Positions 51,801 to 64,000 of a stretch of DNA of 64,000 nucleotides are shown one piece after another. Source of the stretch: Mustelus asterias. Lineage: Eukaryota. The position numbers were made by a program, and so were the translations under genes. The stretch is from positions 46,934,001-46,998,000 of the forward strand of contig NC_135819.1 of NCBI RefSeq assembly GCF_964213995.1, written 5' to 3'. Positions within the stretch are counted from its first letter, which is position 1. The number at the start of each line of letters is the position of its first letter. The notes beneath the pieces were generated by a model. That model did not search any database and was not told the origin of the DNA. It saw only the letters and a program-made list of their open reading frames with translations.

Positions 51801-52450
51801 TCTTTAAGTTAACTTTTCCCCAAACTAGGCTGAAAAACACATACCACCCACTCTGGTGAACTTGGCTGGGCTGTTGGATTCAATCCATTGAGCTCGAGTC
51901 GATGGATGAACTCAGAATTTTCTTGGTACAAAGGTGGATCTTGCACGTCCTCTTCAATCATCACGGAACACAGTAGTCCAGTCGAATCTTTGCTGGGGTT
52001 TGTCTTAAGATGTACATTTTTATTCCCCTCCCTGAGCCCTTCTGGAATGTTCACTGGCTTTTGGACAATGGGGTCACAGCACCCAATGAGGTTACAGCAC
52101 CCAATGAGGTTAAGCCAGGTCATCCTAGGTGTTCATGTCTCTTTTCAAGATATGGTTAATAGCAGGGAGTCTGGCTGAATACAGGAACATAATGTCTTGT
52201 TCAGTTGTTCTGGCTGAGTACCTCTTGATGCGTTTTGGGTTAGAACAATTCTTCCATTGTTAGGGTCAAGCACCTCTGTTCAATATGCAAGATAGGTCTG
52301 GGCTGGTCCCTACTGGCTTTTGACCTGTGGTAACCTTGTCCTGTCCAAGTTGTATCAGGCTTTTTGCTTGCAGAAGCTGTTAGAATTGGACACTGGGCAA
52401 CTAGGCTGAACATAAAATTGGACATTTTAAATTAATACGCAACTAGTGTG
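48860..52450 (-). mobile_element. decayed RTE-clade LINE, interrupted by a SINE
   Basis: Minus-strand peptides LQAKTK...DLQIADDC (RT motif), FKKGNKS.C.NYQSI.FLSIAGK, LHIEQRCLTL. Confidence 0.7.
50815..51147 (+). mobile_element. tRNA-derived SINE (second family), near full length
   Basis: tRNA-like head, GAATGAATAAAAAAA tail; related copies at 16375-17020, 22690-22970 (-) and 28260-28440. Confidence 0.75.
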
Positions 52451-52552
52451 TGGCCTAGTTGCTCAGACCATTTGCCACAAACATGATATATGATCTGTTT
52501 CATTCTAGGTTTAAATTCGCCTCTGGTATTCCATGATTTGCTTTGATTACAG

Positions 52553-52779
52553 AATACACAAAGACCTAGCAAGAACTGTAGATCTTTGTCGGAAGGCTGA
52601 GGCAGCTGGAATCTCTTGGATTACTGTTCATGGCAGAGCAACAGAGGAACGGCATCAACCAGTGCACTATGACACAATCAAGATTATTAAAGAAAACTTA
52701 AATATACCAGTAGTAGCAAATGGAGATGTAAGGAGCAATAAAGATATTGATTTTGTGCATCAGCTGACAGGAATTGATG
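52553..52779 (+). CDS. DUS4L: DUS4L coding exon 5 (IHKDLARTVDL...TVHGR...VANGDV...TGID)
   Basis: TACAG acceptor and G|GTAAG donor; 227 nt; HGR and ANGD Dus motifs; within ORF 52533..52796. Confidence 0.96.
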
Positions 52780-53542
52780 GTAAGAGATCCTGGTGAAGAA
52801 AATATAGTAAATCCAACATTTTAATAGATTTAATAATGATATGATAAACTTGAATAGATTGATCTCTATTGATGGGCTATTTATCATTCCTTTCAAAAAC
52901 TATTGGAAGGATGACAGCAGCAGGAGGAAGTTTAACATCCAAACACGCTTCCTTAAATATTTGTTATTTGAATTGGTCCCTCCTCTTAAATATTATTTAC
53001 TCCAGCGGAAGCAGCAATGGGGGTTCGATTTTGATAAGCTGCATTCATCTTGCAGTAAATATTCTATACCCCAAAACAATTAAGTTCTGTCACTTTATTT
53101 CTGTTTTCTTTCGTTCCATCTCCTTTCACGAAGGCATTAGTTTTGTGCTGCAGTTCACCTACACAGGTACCACGTCTCCTCAGATACCTCACCGAAGCAA
53201 TTTTTCATGTGTCAACCTTAATGGGGAAATTTGGCAGGCAAAGTCAGTTTCAGGAGCATCACAACTGAGATCCTGTTTTCCACTAAGATCCATATGTTTA
53301 CTTCCATCCAGAGAGTATCACTGAATATCAAATAGGAGTGGGAATCTGGTTTCTCTTCTTGCTATATCAGTGACATTGAGGCCAATTGTAGTATTCCTAA
53401 TGCCATCCAACTGAGTTTTGCTAACTCCCCATGCATTAGTGATTGAACATAAACCTTCCTGCCATGTATGACTACTACTTGCACCTGAACCCACTGAGCC
53501 ACTGAAAAATCCTTTAGTGTGTTTTTGATAATTTATTAATAT

Positions 53543-53800
53543 AAGACCATAAGATACAGGAGCAGAATTCGGCTATTCGGCCCATTGAATCTGCTCCGCC
53601 ATTCAATCATGGCTGATAAGTTTCTCAACCCCATTCTCCTGCTTTTTCCCTGTAATCTTTGATGATTCTTTTACCAATCAAGAACCTATCAATCTCTGTC
53701 TTAAGTACATTCAATGAGCTGGCCTCCACAGCCTTTTGTGGCAATTAATTCCATAGATTCACCACCCTCTGGCTGAAGAAATTCCCCCTCATCTCAACTC
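53543..53800 (-). mobile_element. CR1 3' end fragment
   Basis: Starts with the TAAGACCATAAGA tail repeat; reverse match to CR1 3' UTR. Confidence 0.7.
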
Positions 53801-54366
53801 AAGGGATGACCCTTTAGAATTATGTTTGAAAGTTAGTTCACTTTTCACTTAAACATTTCAACTCAAGGATGTACTCTTTAAATAAAGATTCACAATTTAA
53901 AAAATAATGAACTGTTTGTGTAAGACAGGGTACTTAAAAATGACTTATTTTACCATTCAATTCCTTGATGTGATTTTAAAAGTTTCACATAAGTTTGTTA
54001 ATTTCACGTTTTGTGCAGGATCTTTTATGAGCATAATACTTAATCAAAAATGTAATTTTGGCCTAAAGACTTTTCTGGTCTAAAGAGTACTATGTTTATA
54101 ACAACTTGGATGACTGCAATTGTAGAGCATGATACTCCTGTGGGAGTCTTGCGTTTACTTGCATAGAAGGCTTGTTTAGGAAGATGGAAAATTGACAAGA
54201 CTCGTTTTCCATATTATTCAGTATGTTAGTATCCATGGGTCATACAATCTTATCCTTTTGCTCAAGACTATTATTAGTGTATCAACTTACCTTTTTGAAA
54301 AATGTACAAACACGCCTTTAATTTGTATCTGCTTTTAAATGATGTCCCTTTGTTTACTGCATACAG

Positions 54367-54614
54367 GTGTAATGGCTGCACGGGGCCTTTTAGCAAATCC
54401 TGCTATGTTTGCAGGATATGAAGAAACCCCTTTGCAGTGTGTTCGGGACTGGGTTGACATTGCTTTGGAGCATGGAACACCGTACACTTGTTTTCATCAC
54501 CATTTGATGTACATGTTGGAAAGAATTACTTCAAAGCAAGAAAAGAAAATCTTTAATGTGCTGTCAAGTATGTCAGCTGTAATAGACTACCTCAGTGACA
54601 ATTATGGCTTATGA
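54367..54614 (+). CDS. DUS4L: DUS4L last coding exon (GVMAARGLLANPAMF...DYLSDNYGL*)
   Basis: TACAG acceptor; 248 nt to TGA; the six exons total 948 nt = 315 aa plus stop. Confidence 0.96.
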
Positions 54615-54955
54615 CGCCATGTAAGTTATTTTTTTAATCAGTCTGATAATGAGCATATTTTTAAAAACTTGAAAGGAAATCCAGACTTAGCTTTTAGCCT
54701 TGTGACATGTGGTAAAGCAAACCTATTGCAGACAACAGAAGTTATGATGATAATGTGAGCTAGCACCCAGAATGTCATGGATAAAGGAGAAGTCATTATC
54801 CCCCAAATGTTATACTAGAAGGATATTGCTTTTCAATTCATTGTGATTTGTAGTGGTTTTCCTTCTCAATAGTTTTCACATCAACTATATTTTAAATAGC
54901 GCTGAGAACGTCAGCCTTTCAAGTCATTTTAACGACAAATTTATAGGTATTATTA

Positions 54956-54961
54956 AATAAA
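54956..54961 (+). terminator. candidate DUS4L polyadenylation signal
   Basis: AATAAA about 340 nt downstream of the stop, followed by T/GT-rich sequence. Confidence 0.45.
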
Positions 54962-57900
54962 ATTTTGTATTTCACCATGGGTTAGTTTTAGGAAATGTTA
55001 AAATAAGTTGCTTTCATCTCTAAAATTAACAATTATGCTTTATTGTTCCATTTTGTGGGAAATTGTGTGTATTCTTTCATTCAACTTTCTATATATAGTC
55101 ATATTTTAACAAGATATGGAAAGTTGATTAAAATATAAATATTGCCTAAATGTTCAGATATTTTAAGATAAAAATATATTATATTTCTTTACATCCAGGT
55201 GGGTACACTTTTTTTTAAAATCTAAGAGTTGCTAAGTACATGATTGATGCAGACTTTCTCTTTATCAGTACAAACATCTACTCCAGTGAGGACCTGAATG
55301 CCTAAATCACCCATATCCATTCATAAGCTATGAAATCTGTGGCATAAAAATTCATGATGTTGAATAGAGAATTTTGTGCACATATTTTTATCCCAGACGG
55401 CCTCAAACTGTCTTACAGTATTGATTAGCTGCACTGGTTATGTCTAGAAGGGTCCTATTACTCCAGTAGTGCTTCACACTGTAAACCATGTGGCATTTTA
55501 AGATAATGGGTAATTTTATTTTTGTGTTTAGAAAGTGAATAAAATCATTCTATATAGATGCTTTAGCATAGGATAAAATCCTTGCAAAAAATGAACAGAC
55601 CTACATTGCTTTGACGTGCATCATCACTATCACTACAGTCACGTGCACTTCAGACATTCTCAAAGCGTTGGGGACAGCGGAGTAGAGCAGGTTTCGACGC
55701 TGGCAGTTGGTGACTGAATTTGTTATTAACGTGCATAAACAGTTTAATAAATTTGTAATGCAATACATTTTGTTTAAATCAGGGCAGATCATATTTAGAA
55801 TAAATGCCACATTGAAGAAAGAAAGGTTTTTAAATATTCTACCAAAAAATCACTGATCTTCATCCCTCAGTACTTATTTTGCTTGCAATTCTTCCTTTTG
55901 ATAATTCCAGTGAAAAGGGCAGCCTGATTACAAGAAGAGATTTCCTGTTTGTACTCGTCAGCCTTTTTAGTAAAATCATCAACAGGTATTATTTTCTACC
56001 CCTTAACTCATTTTATTTTCTCTCTTCACAATGGTTCAGTATTTTAGCAGATTATCTACATATGCATATAAGCAGTTATTTTATGTATATGTGATGGGAA
56101 GTATGGATAGTAACTTAATGTTTGTGAACGATTCACAATAAGAGGTTCAGATCATGTAAACCACTTGAGCTTCGCTCTCAATTTATCAGCATCCTTTGAT
56201 CCCTCAGATTTGTTAGTTATAACTAAATTCCAATAATGTACAGGTGAAAATTCTGGAGACTTTTTTTCTTCAGTGTTGGGACAAACAGCAATATAAGGCA
56301 GACTCTCGCAAACAAATTGCACAACTTTAACTTAAGTAATATCAGGCTTTATTTCACTGCACATTACAGACAAATATCATGAATAGGAGGTAACATAAAT
56401 GCTCAGTATCTCCATTTTAATTCTCCTTCCTTTACTGACCTCTGTTCTCAGCATCCTTCACTGTTCTAATGATCCCAAGTCAGAGCACCTCATCTTTCCT
56501 GGGTCACAACAGCCCATCTTTTAATTGAGCACAATACAGTGTTCCAGACTCAACTCTGAGTTCAACAATTTCAGATCATAAACACTGCTCCCATTTTTTT
56601 TTTAAGACAGCAGGTACTATTTACAGTTCCTCTCTCTAGACCATTATTTTGTTTCTTTACCCATTACCACTTCCTTTTAATCATTCCTGCCTTTCATCCT
56701 ATTGCTGACCTCCCCCCCCCCCCCCCCTCCCTCCCTCCCACCCTCCCACAAACCTGTTACATCTTTAACCTTTGACAGTTTTGAATAAACGTCGACAACC
56801 TGAAACTTTTAACAGTTTCTCTCTCCAGATGCTGCCTGAGCTGAGCACTGCTGGGATTTTCCAGGTTTTTTAATTTCGGTTTCCCAGTATCCACAGTACT
56901 TTGCCTATCTTTTGCTCAGTATCTCAAGCTGACCCAGCTCTGGCGAAGGGTCATCCGGACTCAAAACGTTAACTCTTCTCTCTCCACAGATGCCATCAGA
57001 TCTGCTGAGATTTTCCAGCATTTTCTGTTTTTGTTTCATTTTCCAGCATCCGCAGGAATTTGCTTTTATCTCAGTTTGTCATCTATAGATTAATGTAGCA
57101 AACATCATTTTAGTCAACTTGTATCAACATTCAATATTGGGGTGAAGCACTTCTGAAGTTTAGTGAAGTAGAACAGAGTAGATTTATAATTACTTTGTTA
57201 AATAGCTTACATAGTAACTTCCTTCATTATGTCTGATGAAGTTGATATTTTTCTATTTTCCTAATACCTCAAAGTTTCTGATAACCCAGAATAAAATCAG
57301 GGTCTTTGGAACTGTAGTGTAGTAAGTTAGACACTACCTTTTTCAAATCTGGCTTCTAGATTGCAACCCAAACTGATTAGATAGATTTCTTCTTTCAATT
57401 GGCTTTAAAAATCCAGTAAGATTAAATTCATTTCGGTATCTAGTTTTTAATGGGGATGGATGGATGGACCTACAACATAATACTATCAATGTCATTCCAG
57501 CCAGGCTAAAGATGGTTGATGTGGGAAGTAGGGGAATAAATTTTACACTGATGTAATGGAGGGTGCTGTTGTGGTACAGTATTGGGGAAGGATGGGGGGA
57601 GCTTTATTCTGCGCCTGACTGCAATGTATAATGCCACTGGAAACTTGAAATGGAGGATTCCCCCAGCAATGGCTTCCCTCACCATGATCTGCATAAAAAC
57701 ATTTTTTTTTTATATTACTGTCTTTGACCATGTAGCGACACTCCAATGAAAACAATGACACTTACCACAATATAGAAAGAACCATACACATGGCACCAAA
57801 GGACTGAATACCACATTATTTATCCAAACTTGAAATTGTTTTATTCTATTATTAGTGCTTCATTCCCCAGAATAGCAAGGCATTTGTTCTAGTGACAAAT

Positions 57901-58379
57901 ACCATTCTTTAGGATTGCACAATATAGGACATGAACAAGACTGGCTATGATAGTTACTGATTGTTTAATTAGGCTATAAATACAGATCAAAAATAACCAT
58001 GGAGGTTAACCTACTATATAATATGAATATTGTTTCGTGTATAAAACTGCCAACATTCTGTTACTTATATTACCTATACCAAATTTGGGTGTATTCTTGT
58101 CAATTATATATTGTCTGTTTTTCACATATTGTGATTTAGTATTCGCCTTGTCATAAATTATTCCATAATTTATATATTTTTGTCATTTGAAATTTTGGAA
58201 TAAAAATATTACTAAAATTGTTCATTTGTTAATTAATTCAGTTCAAACAATCAACATAATTCATAGAAACGTAGAATGTAGAAGCAGGAGTAGGCTGTTT
58301 CAGGCCTACTCCTGCAGGTTTCAGTTGTCCATCACAACAACCCTGTTGTTTTTACATCTTCCACTAATCTGCTGACGTT

Positions 58380-59330
58380 CAGTTCCTCCATTTCACAACC
58401 CTGAAAGTGTGATTGCACCCCTCCTGTTCCTAAGTTCTACCCATATGGCCTCACTGCATGATCCCACCAAGGTCTGAATAGCTGTGACATTCTCCCTAAT
58501 CAGTAAAGCAACAGCCTCACCTCATTTGTCACCTTCCCTATCTTGCCTGAAGCATCTAAATCCTGAAATGCTAAACTGCCAGTCCTGTCTTCCTTTCATC
58601 GAAGTTTCCTTAATTGCCACAACATCATAATTCCATGTAGTCCAAGCTTCAAGTTCATCTGCCTTACCTGACATATTCCTTGCAGAAAAGCAAACACACC
58701 TCAGTCCATCTGTTCTGTTGTGTTTTGTACACTCTCCTTGTGTTTTATTTCTCTGAGCCTTACTGGACTCATTCACTGAGTTCTCCACAGTCTCTTTACT
58801 CTCTGACCTACTGCTGTGGATACCACCCCCCTACCATATTAGTTTAGATCCACCTGAACTGCACGATCAACCGCATTTTCCTTCCCCCCTCTATGTTGTT
58901 AGTTCCAACATGGACCACGACAACTGGCTGTTCGCCCTCCTGCTTCAGAATGCCCTGTGCCTGCTGAGACATCCTTGGCCCTGATACCTGGGTGGCGGCA
59001 ACAGACCATCCTGGAGTCTCGATCATGATCACAGAAGCGCCTGACTATGCCCCTTACTATTGAATCCCCAACTACCACTGCATGCCTGCACTTTGACCCT
59101 CCCTGCTGCACAGCAGAGCCAGCAGTGGTGCCACTGTCCTGACCACTGCTTTCATCATCCTGATATGCTGTCCTCCAGTCAATCCAAGCGATCTATTAGG
59201 AGCCTCATTTGTACGCACCTCCTGCAAATGTAGTTCTCCGGGACAGTCCAACTGTCCTGGAGAACTACATTTCTCCGGCACAGTAGTTCCGGATTATCCA
59301 CATGTCAAAGGTGGAGCATAGCATGGTGTG
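58380..59330 (-). mobile_element. CR1 LINE 5' portion: ORF1 (Cys-rich region plus SGNH esterase) and start of ORF2 endonuclease
   Basis: VVVGDSIVRG, VVVHVGTNNI (GDS/SGNH motifs), ENYICRRC, SARNM..KADELEAW..NYDVVAIKET. Confidence 0.8.
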
Positions 59331-59774
59331 ATCAACATTATCATCTGTTAGTTAATTAAAATTTAATTTGTGTGGACCATCTTTAAATTAAATTGGTCGG
59401 TCAACCAAGTTAATTGCTCACTTAACTGTCTTGGTTATTGCCCACTATAGCAAGAACAAATTAGAATTAAATATAATCTAAATCTTGTCTAAACCACTAT
59501 ATTCAGTCCCACTGAACTAAAATATTAAAGAAATAAAGGGGTTAAAAATATACTTCACCTGACCACAACTCACCAATGAGAGGCCGCCCTCTGAACCCAT
59601 GACATCAGAGAGTTCCCTGATGGTCGGCTTCTCCACCGATTTCCTGGCTGCTCCTGTAAAGGTGAGTTTCCGACATAGACTGACACCTGCTAACTTCCAA
59701 TCCAACAAAACCTTCCCTGAATTTTGGGAGTTTTTGTAAATTAAAACCAATGCATCAACTGTCTTAAGAAGAAT

Positions 59775-60165
59775 GTGGAGAGACCTTATGGAGACATATA
59801 AGATTATGAAGGGAATAGATTAGAAGCAGGGAGGTTGTTTCCACTGGCAGGTGAAACTAGAACGAGGGAGCATAGCCTCAAAATAAGGGGGAGCAGATTT
59901 AAGATCGAGTTGAGAAGGAACTTCTTCACCTGAAATGTTGTGAATCTGTGGAATTTCCTGCCCAGTGAAGCAGTTGAGGCTACCTCATTGAATGTTTTTA
60001 AGGTAAGGATTGCTAAATTTTTGAACAGTAAAGGAATTAAGAGTTGTGGTGAGTGGGCGGGAAAGTGGAGCTGAGTCCATGAAAAGATCAGCCATGACCT
60101 TATTGAATGGCAGAGCAGGCTCCAGGGGCCAGGCGACCTACTCCTGCTCCTAGTTATGTTCTTAC
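59775..60165 (+). mobile_element. CR1 3' end fragment
   Basis: Closely similar to 25830-26219. Confidence 0.85.
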
Positions 60166-60819
60166 CCTCTTAGCCACTTCTTTTGAAACCTTAGTGTGAG
60201 GTCTATCCAGATTTGGGCATTTATTAGCCCACAAACCCAACAACTTGTTCTAAATTTCTAGTTAAAAAAAAGGGATAAGGGCATATGGGGAACAGATGGA
60301 TTTGAGACCCGGAGAGATCAGCCCATGATGATCTGATTGAACGGTGGAGCAGGCTCGAAGGGCTCAATTTGCCTACTTCTGCTCCCAATTCCTATGTATC
60401 ACTTCCCTGGTGGTGGCAATTTCCCTGAGTTCCTCCCTCCCTTCTATTTCCTGCTTTTTCTTTCTGTTCACTGCCACAGTCATGGATTTGCCATAGTCAT
60501 GGATTTTTTTTTGTCCTTGGTGAAATTTTCCAGGGCATGAAGGATAGTTGGTGAACAACCCCCCCCCCCCCCCACGAAACTCCTACCTCAGTTGCCAGGT
60601 GATTATAGTTTGAAAAGGAGTCCTTTTTTTTCATTGAGAACAATTCATCCAAATACAAACCAAAATAGATCATAATTTCACAATGGATTACAAACCGGGA
60701 TGCATTTCAAATTTCACAACAATAAATTGTAAAAGCGACAAACCAACATTACACAATATTAACAGTCAATGTGCCATCCTTCACACATCAGCACGAACTA
60801 AATTTGGAAAAAAGGAGTC

Positions 60820-61300
60820 ACAAACACACACGTGTCCGGGGGAGCGAATGAATGGGTGACGCGCGCCCGGCCAATTGTCCTGCGTGATGACGCGGGGTTT
60901 ACGCCGTTGACGGCGCTCGAGTGCAGGACCGTTGGGGAGGCGAGGGGCGCTGGATCGTGTTGGGGGGATTTGCCGGCAAAGCTTTCAGCAGGCAAGAACA
61001 TTCTGGAACTTTCCGTCCGCTCCGCGCGTTTAATCCCCTTTCGTCGGGTGTTCCGGCGCAGTTGAAGGGGCTTGCCTGTTATTATTATGATGATGGGGCG
61101 TGGAGGGCCCCGTCTCTCCTCCCCCCCCCAGGGCAGGGCCAGGGCTGCGCTTCTCCTGGGGCAGCTGGTAACCGCCATAAGTCCTGGAGTCTGCTGCACA
61201 CAGCCAGGGCTTCGAACAGTCAATAACTTCATGCCACTGGAGCCCTGAGATAAGTCTCTAACTCGCACATTGTCACTTCCGTGTTTTAATTTTTTGTTTT
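60820..61300. promoter_or_regulatory. CpG island/promoter, probably of the next gene (BCAP29 by synteny); possible non-coding exon ending at 61167
   Basis: Dense CpGs, CCAAT and TGACG motifs, ACTTCCG ETS-like site, possible donor CTG|GTAACC; no coding exon seen in the window; gene identity inferred only from human gene order. Confidence 0.55.
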
Positions 61301-62508
61301 GACGCTGGGCCCATCCCTCATTTCATTTACTTACCCCACAACCTGGCGACTATTTCCTTCTTTAGCAACGCCTTATTTTTGGGAGCCTGGTTGGTAAACC
61401 GAGCTCCGACTAGATTTTGTTCCCCCCCCCCCCCCGTGCCCACTCCCACTTGCCCGCTTCTGGTGCTGTTTTGCTCGATGTTCATTTCATTTCAATCGTT
61501 TTCTATCATTTTTCATAAATGTTCTGTGAAAGGAAAAAACCAGAGGATACGCCTTTTTATTCTCTTCGGCATGATTTGGGGAAAATCATGCCGAAGAGAA
61601 TTTTAAAAAGCCCCCTCCCCTTCATTCCTCATTTAAGTTTGGTGAAAGTGAGTGTTATGTTGGAGAGGGGCAACACTTTTAGACAGCCAGAACTGTGCAT
61701 TGGAACACTTTTAAAAAATTATTTGTTCCTAGAAATCAAATCAAAAATTGTCCGGCACCTTTCCCTCCACCATTTGTTCATGTATTTAGCGAATGCAAAT
61801 CCCGGGAGCCAAACTCATTAGCTGAATTTAATTTAATTTAACTCTGTCAGTTAGTCTGTAAGAAGGGACATTCCTCGGTGACTTGCAGAATTGTGTACTC
61901 TCCACAAGTGCATTTGCACTGAGGTCCCAGCTGTGGAGATTGGCTGCACAGGGGCCTTGACTTGTCCTGAACTTCCACGTTAAATTGCAAACATCCAAAA
62001 TGCGTAGAATATTTGTAGAGTATGTATACACTACATTAATAAAACAGATAATAATTCCAATATCTGATGTTTACCTTGTGCATTAGACCACCCGTGAGTT
62101 TTACATAACCAACCAAACTCTTAATCCTTTTTTCCCCAGAAAACCATCCAATTGTCTGTTGAACTTATTTATATATTTTCCGCTTCAGTGGTGCAGCCTG
62201 GCAACTTACTTGACAGTTCTATTGTGTGCCTGTTGTGTCTGACTTCCCTGTTTACTCTAGACTTTTGAATTTCACATTGTTCCTCCTAATATTTGACCAT
62301 TCGTAATTTGTCAAATTTTGTTGATCTTATAAACTTGATATTCACAAGGCCTGTTTCAAAGAACATAAATCCAATTTCCCCAACCTTTTCCAAACTCAAG
62401 AGTTTCTGATGCCTGGATTTGCCTTTGTTTTCCTCTGTATACACTAATAGGCTCTGATATTCAAAACTAATCTTAATTGCCTTAACCATTTTTTAAAGTG
62501 CGTGCTTA

Positions 62509-62810
62509 AAGTTTATTTATTAATGTTACAAGTAGGCTTACATTAACACTGCAAAAAAGTTAGCGTGAAAATTCCCTAGTTGCCACACTCCAGCATCTGT
62601 TCGGTTATACTGAGAGAGAATTTACCATGACCAATGCACCTAACCAGCACTTTCAAACTGTGGGAAGAAACCAAAGCACCCAGAGGAAACCCACACAGAC
62701 ACGGGGAGAACGTGCAGACTCCATACAGACAGTGACCCAAACTGGGAATCGAATCCGGGTCCCTGGCACTATGAGGCAGCATTGCTAACCACTATGCCAG
62801 CGTGCTACCC
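62509..62810 (-). mobile_element. tRNA-derived SINE (tail type B)
   Basis: Matches 11962-12260. Confidence 0.88.
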
Positions 62811-64000
62811 CACAGTGCAGTACAGTAGTGACATTTTCCATTTTTCAAATAAATGATCCTCTAGCTCCTGAAGGAAATTACTAGTTCTTGTTAGTTTTTC
62901 ATTGCTGCATACAAATTGAATAGAGACAGATTAAGCCTTACAGGAAAAAGACAGATGATCCCATCAATGTGGGCTGGATTTCAAACCAGTATCCAATCCA
63001 TTATGTCAGTCTCCTAACCTGCTGATGCCCTTTTATTTCTAAAGCCCCCCCCCCCCCGGAGCCTTGGAATTATCCTACTTGTTTGTATTCTTTCCTCTTT
63101 TTCTGACCTGTCTTTTTTCCCCAGCGCCAAGAAGGGATTTGTTGAAATTAATTTTTTCATGTGAGTGCGAATGAACAATTTTTAAATTAAAGGCTCTATA
63201 CTATAAACTGGTCTAATTGATTTTTTTTTGATTGGAGAAATCTGTGCCTAAAGGAAGAATAGATTTGAATGTAAACTTACATTAGATGTGGGAAGTAATA
63301 AAATATAAACAATACTGTTCACCATGTCCTCACCTTCCACCCGACCAGCCTGCACGTTCAACATGTCATCCTACAATATTTCTGTCGTCATCTGGCATGT
63401 CACCACAACGAAACACATCCTCCCCACCACTCCTGTTTTGGCATTCTGAGGAGATTTTTCAATCTGCAATACCCTAACCCATTCTTCAATCATTCCCAGC
63501 ATACCTCTATGTCCCACGGCACCTTCCTTTGTAAGTGCTGAAGATACAAACCTGTCCTTTACCATCTCCTTTCTCAAGTCCCCAAATAGCCTTTTGCGAT
63601 GAAACGATGATTTACTTGTACTTTTGAAATACTGTTTTTAGTCATATTACAGTCTCCTCTACTTTTGAAAAGACGAAACCCGGATTGGATGAATGCTTTG
63701 CAGAATACCTTTGTTCTGTCTGCTGTCTTTATTTATCCATGTCATATGACCTGAGCCAGGACACACATCCTAGTATTACTGAGTGGGCATAAAGAGGAAG
63801 CTGTCGTTTGGTGATTCCATTGCCACTGTTGGTTATAAACAGTATTCTTCAATGGTTGCTGTACCTCCCCAAATTAACTGAGGAAATTTGCTATCTTTTT
63901 GATACTGGCGTAGATCTTGATATATTCCCTGTTGGCTCAGGCCTGGTGTTTCTGTCTCCGCACCTGAACTCTTTACCCTGCAATGTATGATGCACAGTGA

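Noticed and set aside
52076-52111. 18-bp tandem duplication containing CCAAT
   Set aside because: Two-copy slippage inside a decayed LINE; no sign of function
60868-60895. ER-stress element (CCAAT-N9-CCACG) in the putative BCAP29 promoter
   Set aside because: The sequence after N9 is TGATG, not CCACG
60798-61268. Overlapping 77-156 aa ORFs in the right-hand CpG island
   Set aside because: Typical GC-rich spurious ORFs; none resembles BCAP29 or another known protein

Overview
Repeat-rich vertebrate genomic DNA, most likely from a cartilaginous fish (shark): the SINE, CR1 and Penelope repertoire resembles that of carcharhiniform sharks (inference). The window holds the conserved COG5-GPR22-DUS4L locus. 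COG5 coding exons 1-6 lie on the minus strand (40707 down to 23212) and the gene runs off the left end. The single-coding-exon GPCR GPR22 (13291-14532, +) is nested antisense in COG5 intron 6, with two probable 5'UTR exons. The complete six-exon DUS4L CDS (41357-54614, +, 315 aa) is head-to-head with COG5 across a CCAAT-box-rich promoter. A second CpG island near 61 kb is probably the BCAP29 promoter by synteny. The rest is decayed LINEs (CR1, RTE), SINEs, Penelope-like elements, solo LTRs and a MITE. Most notable: (1) a TSD-flanked Penelope-like palindrome with 371-bp arms in DUS4L intron 3, each arm carrying an intact minimal hammerhead-ribozyme motif; (2) a 1-nt frameshift that truncates the GPR22 C-tail; (3) several near-identical 160-185 bp local templated duplications, one of which copies the DUS4L active-site exon end and its donor site. 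No prokaryotic-type system, CRISPR array or new protein-coding gene was found. Comparisons with human proteins are from memory, not from a search.
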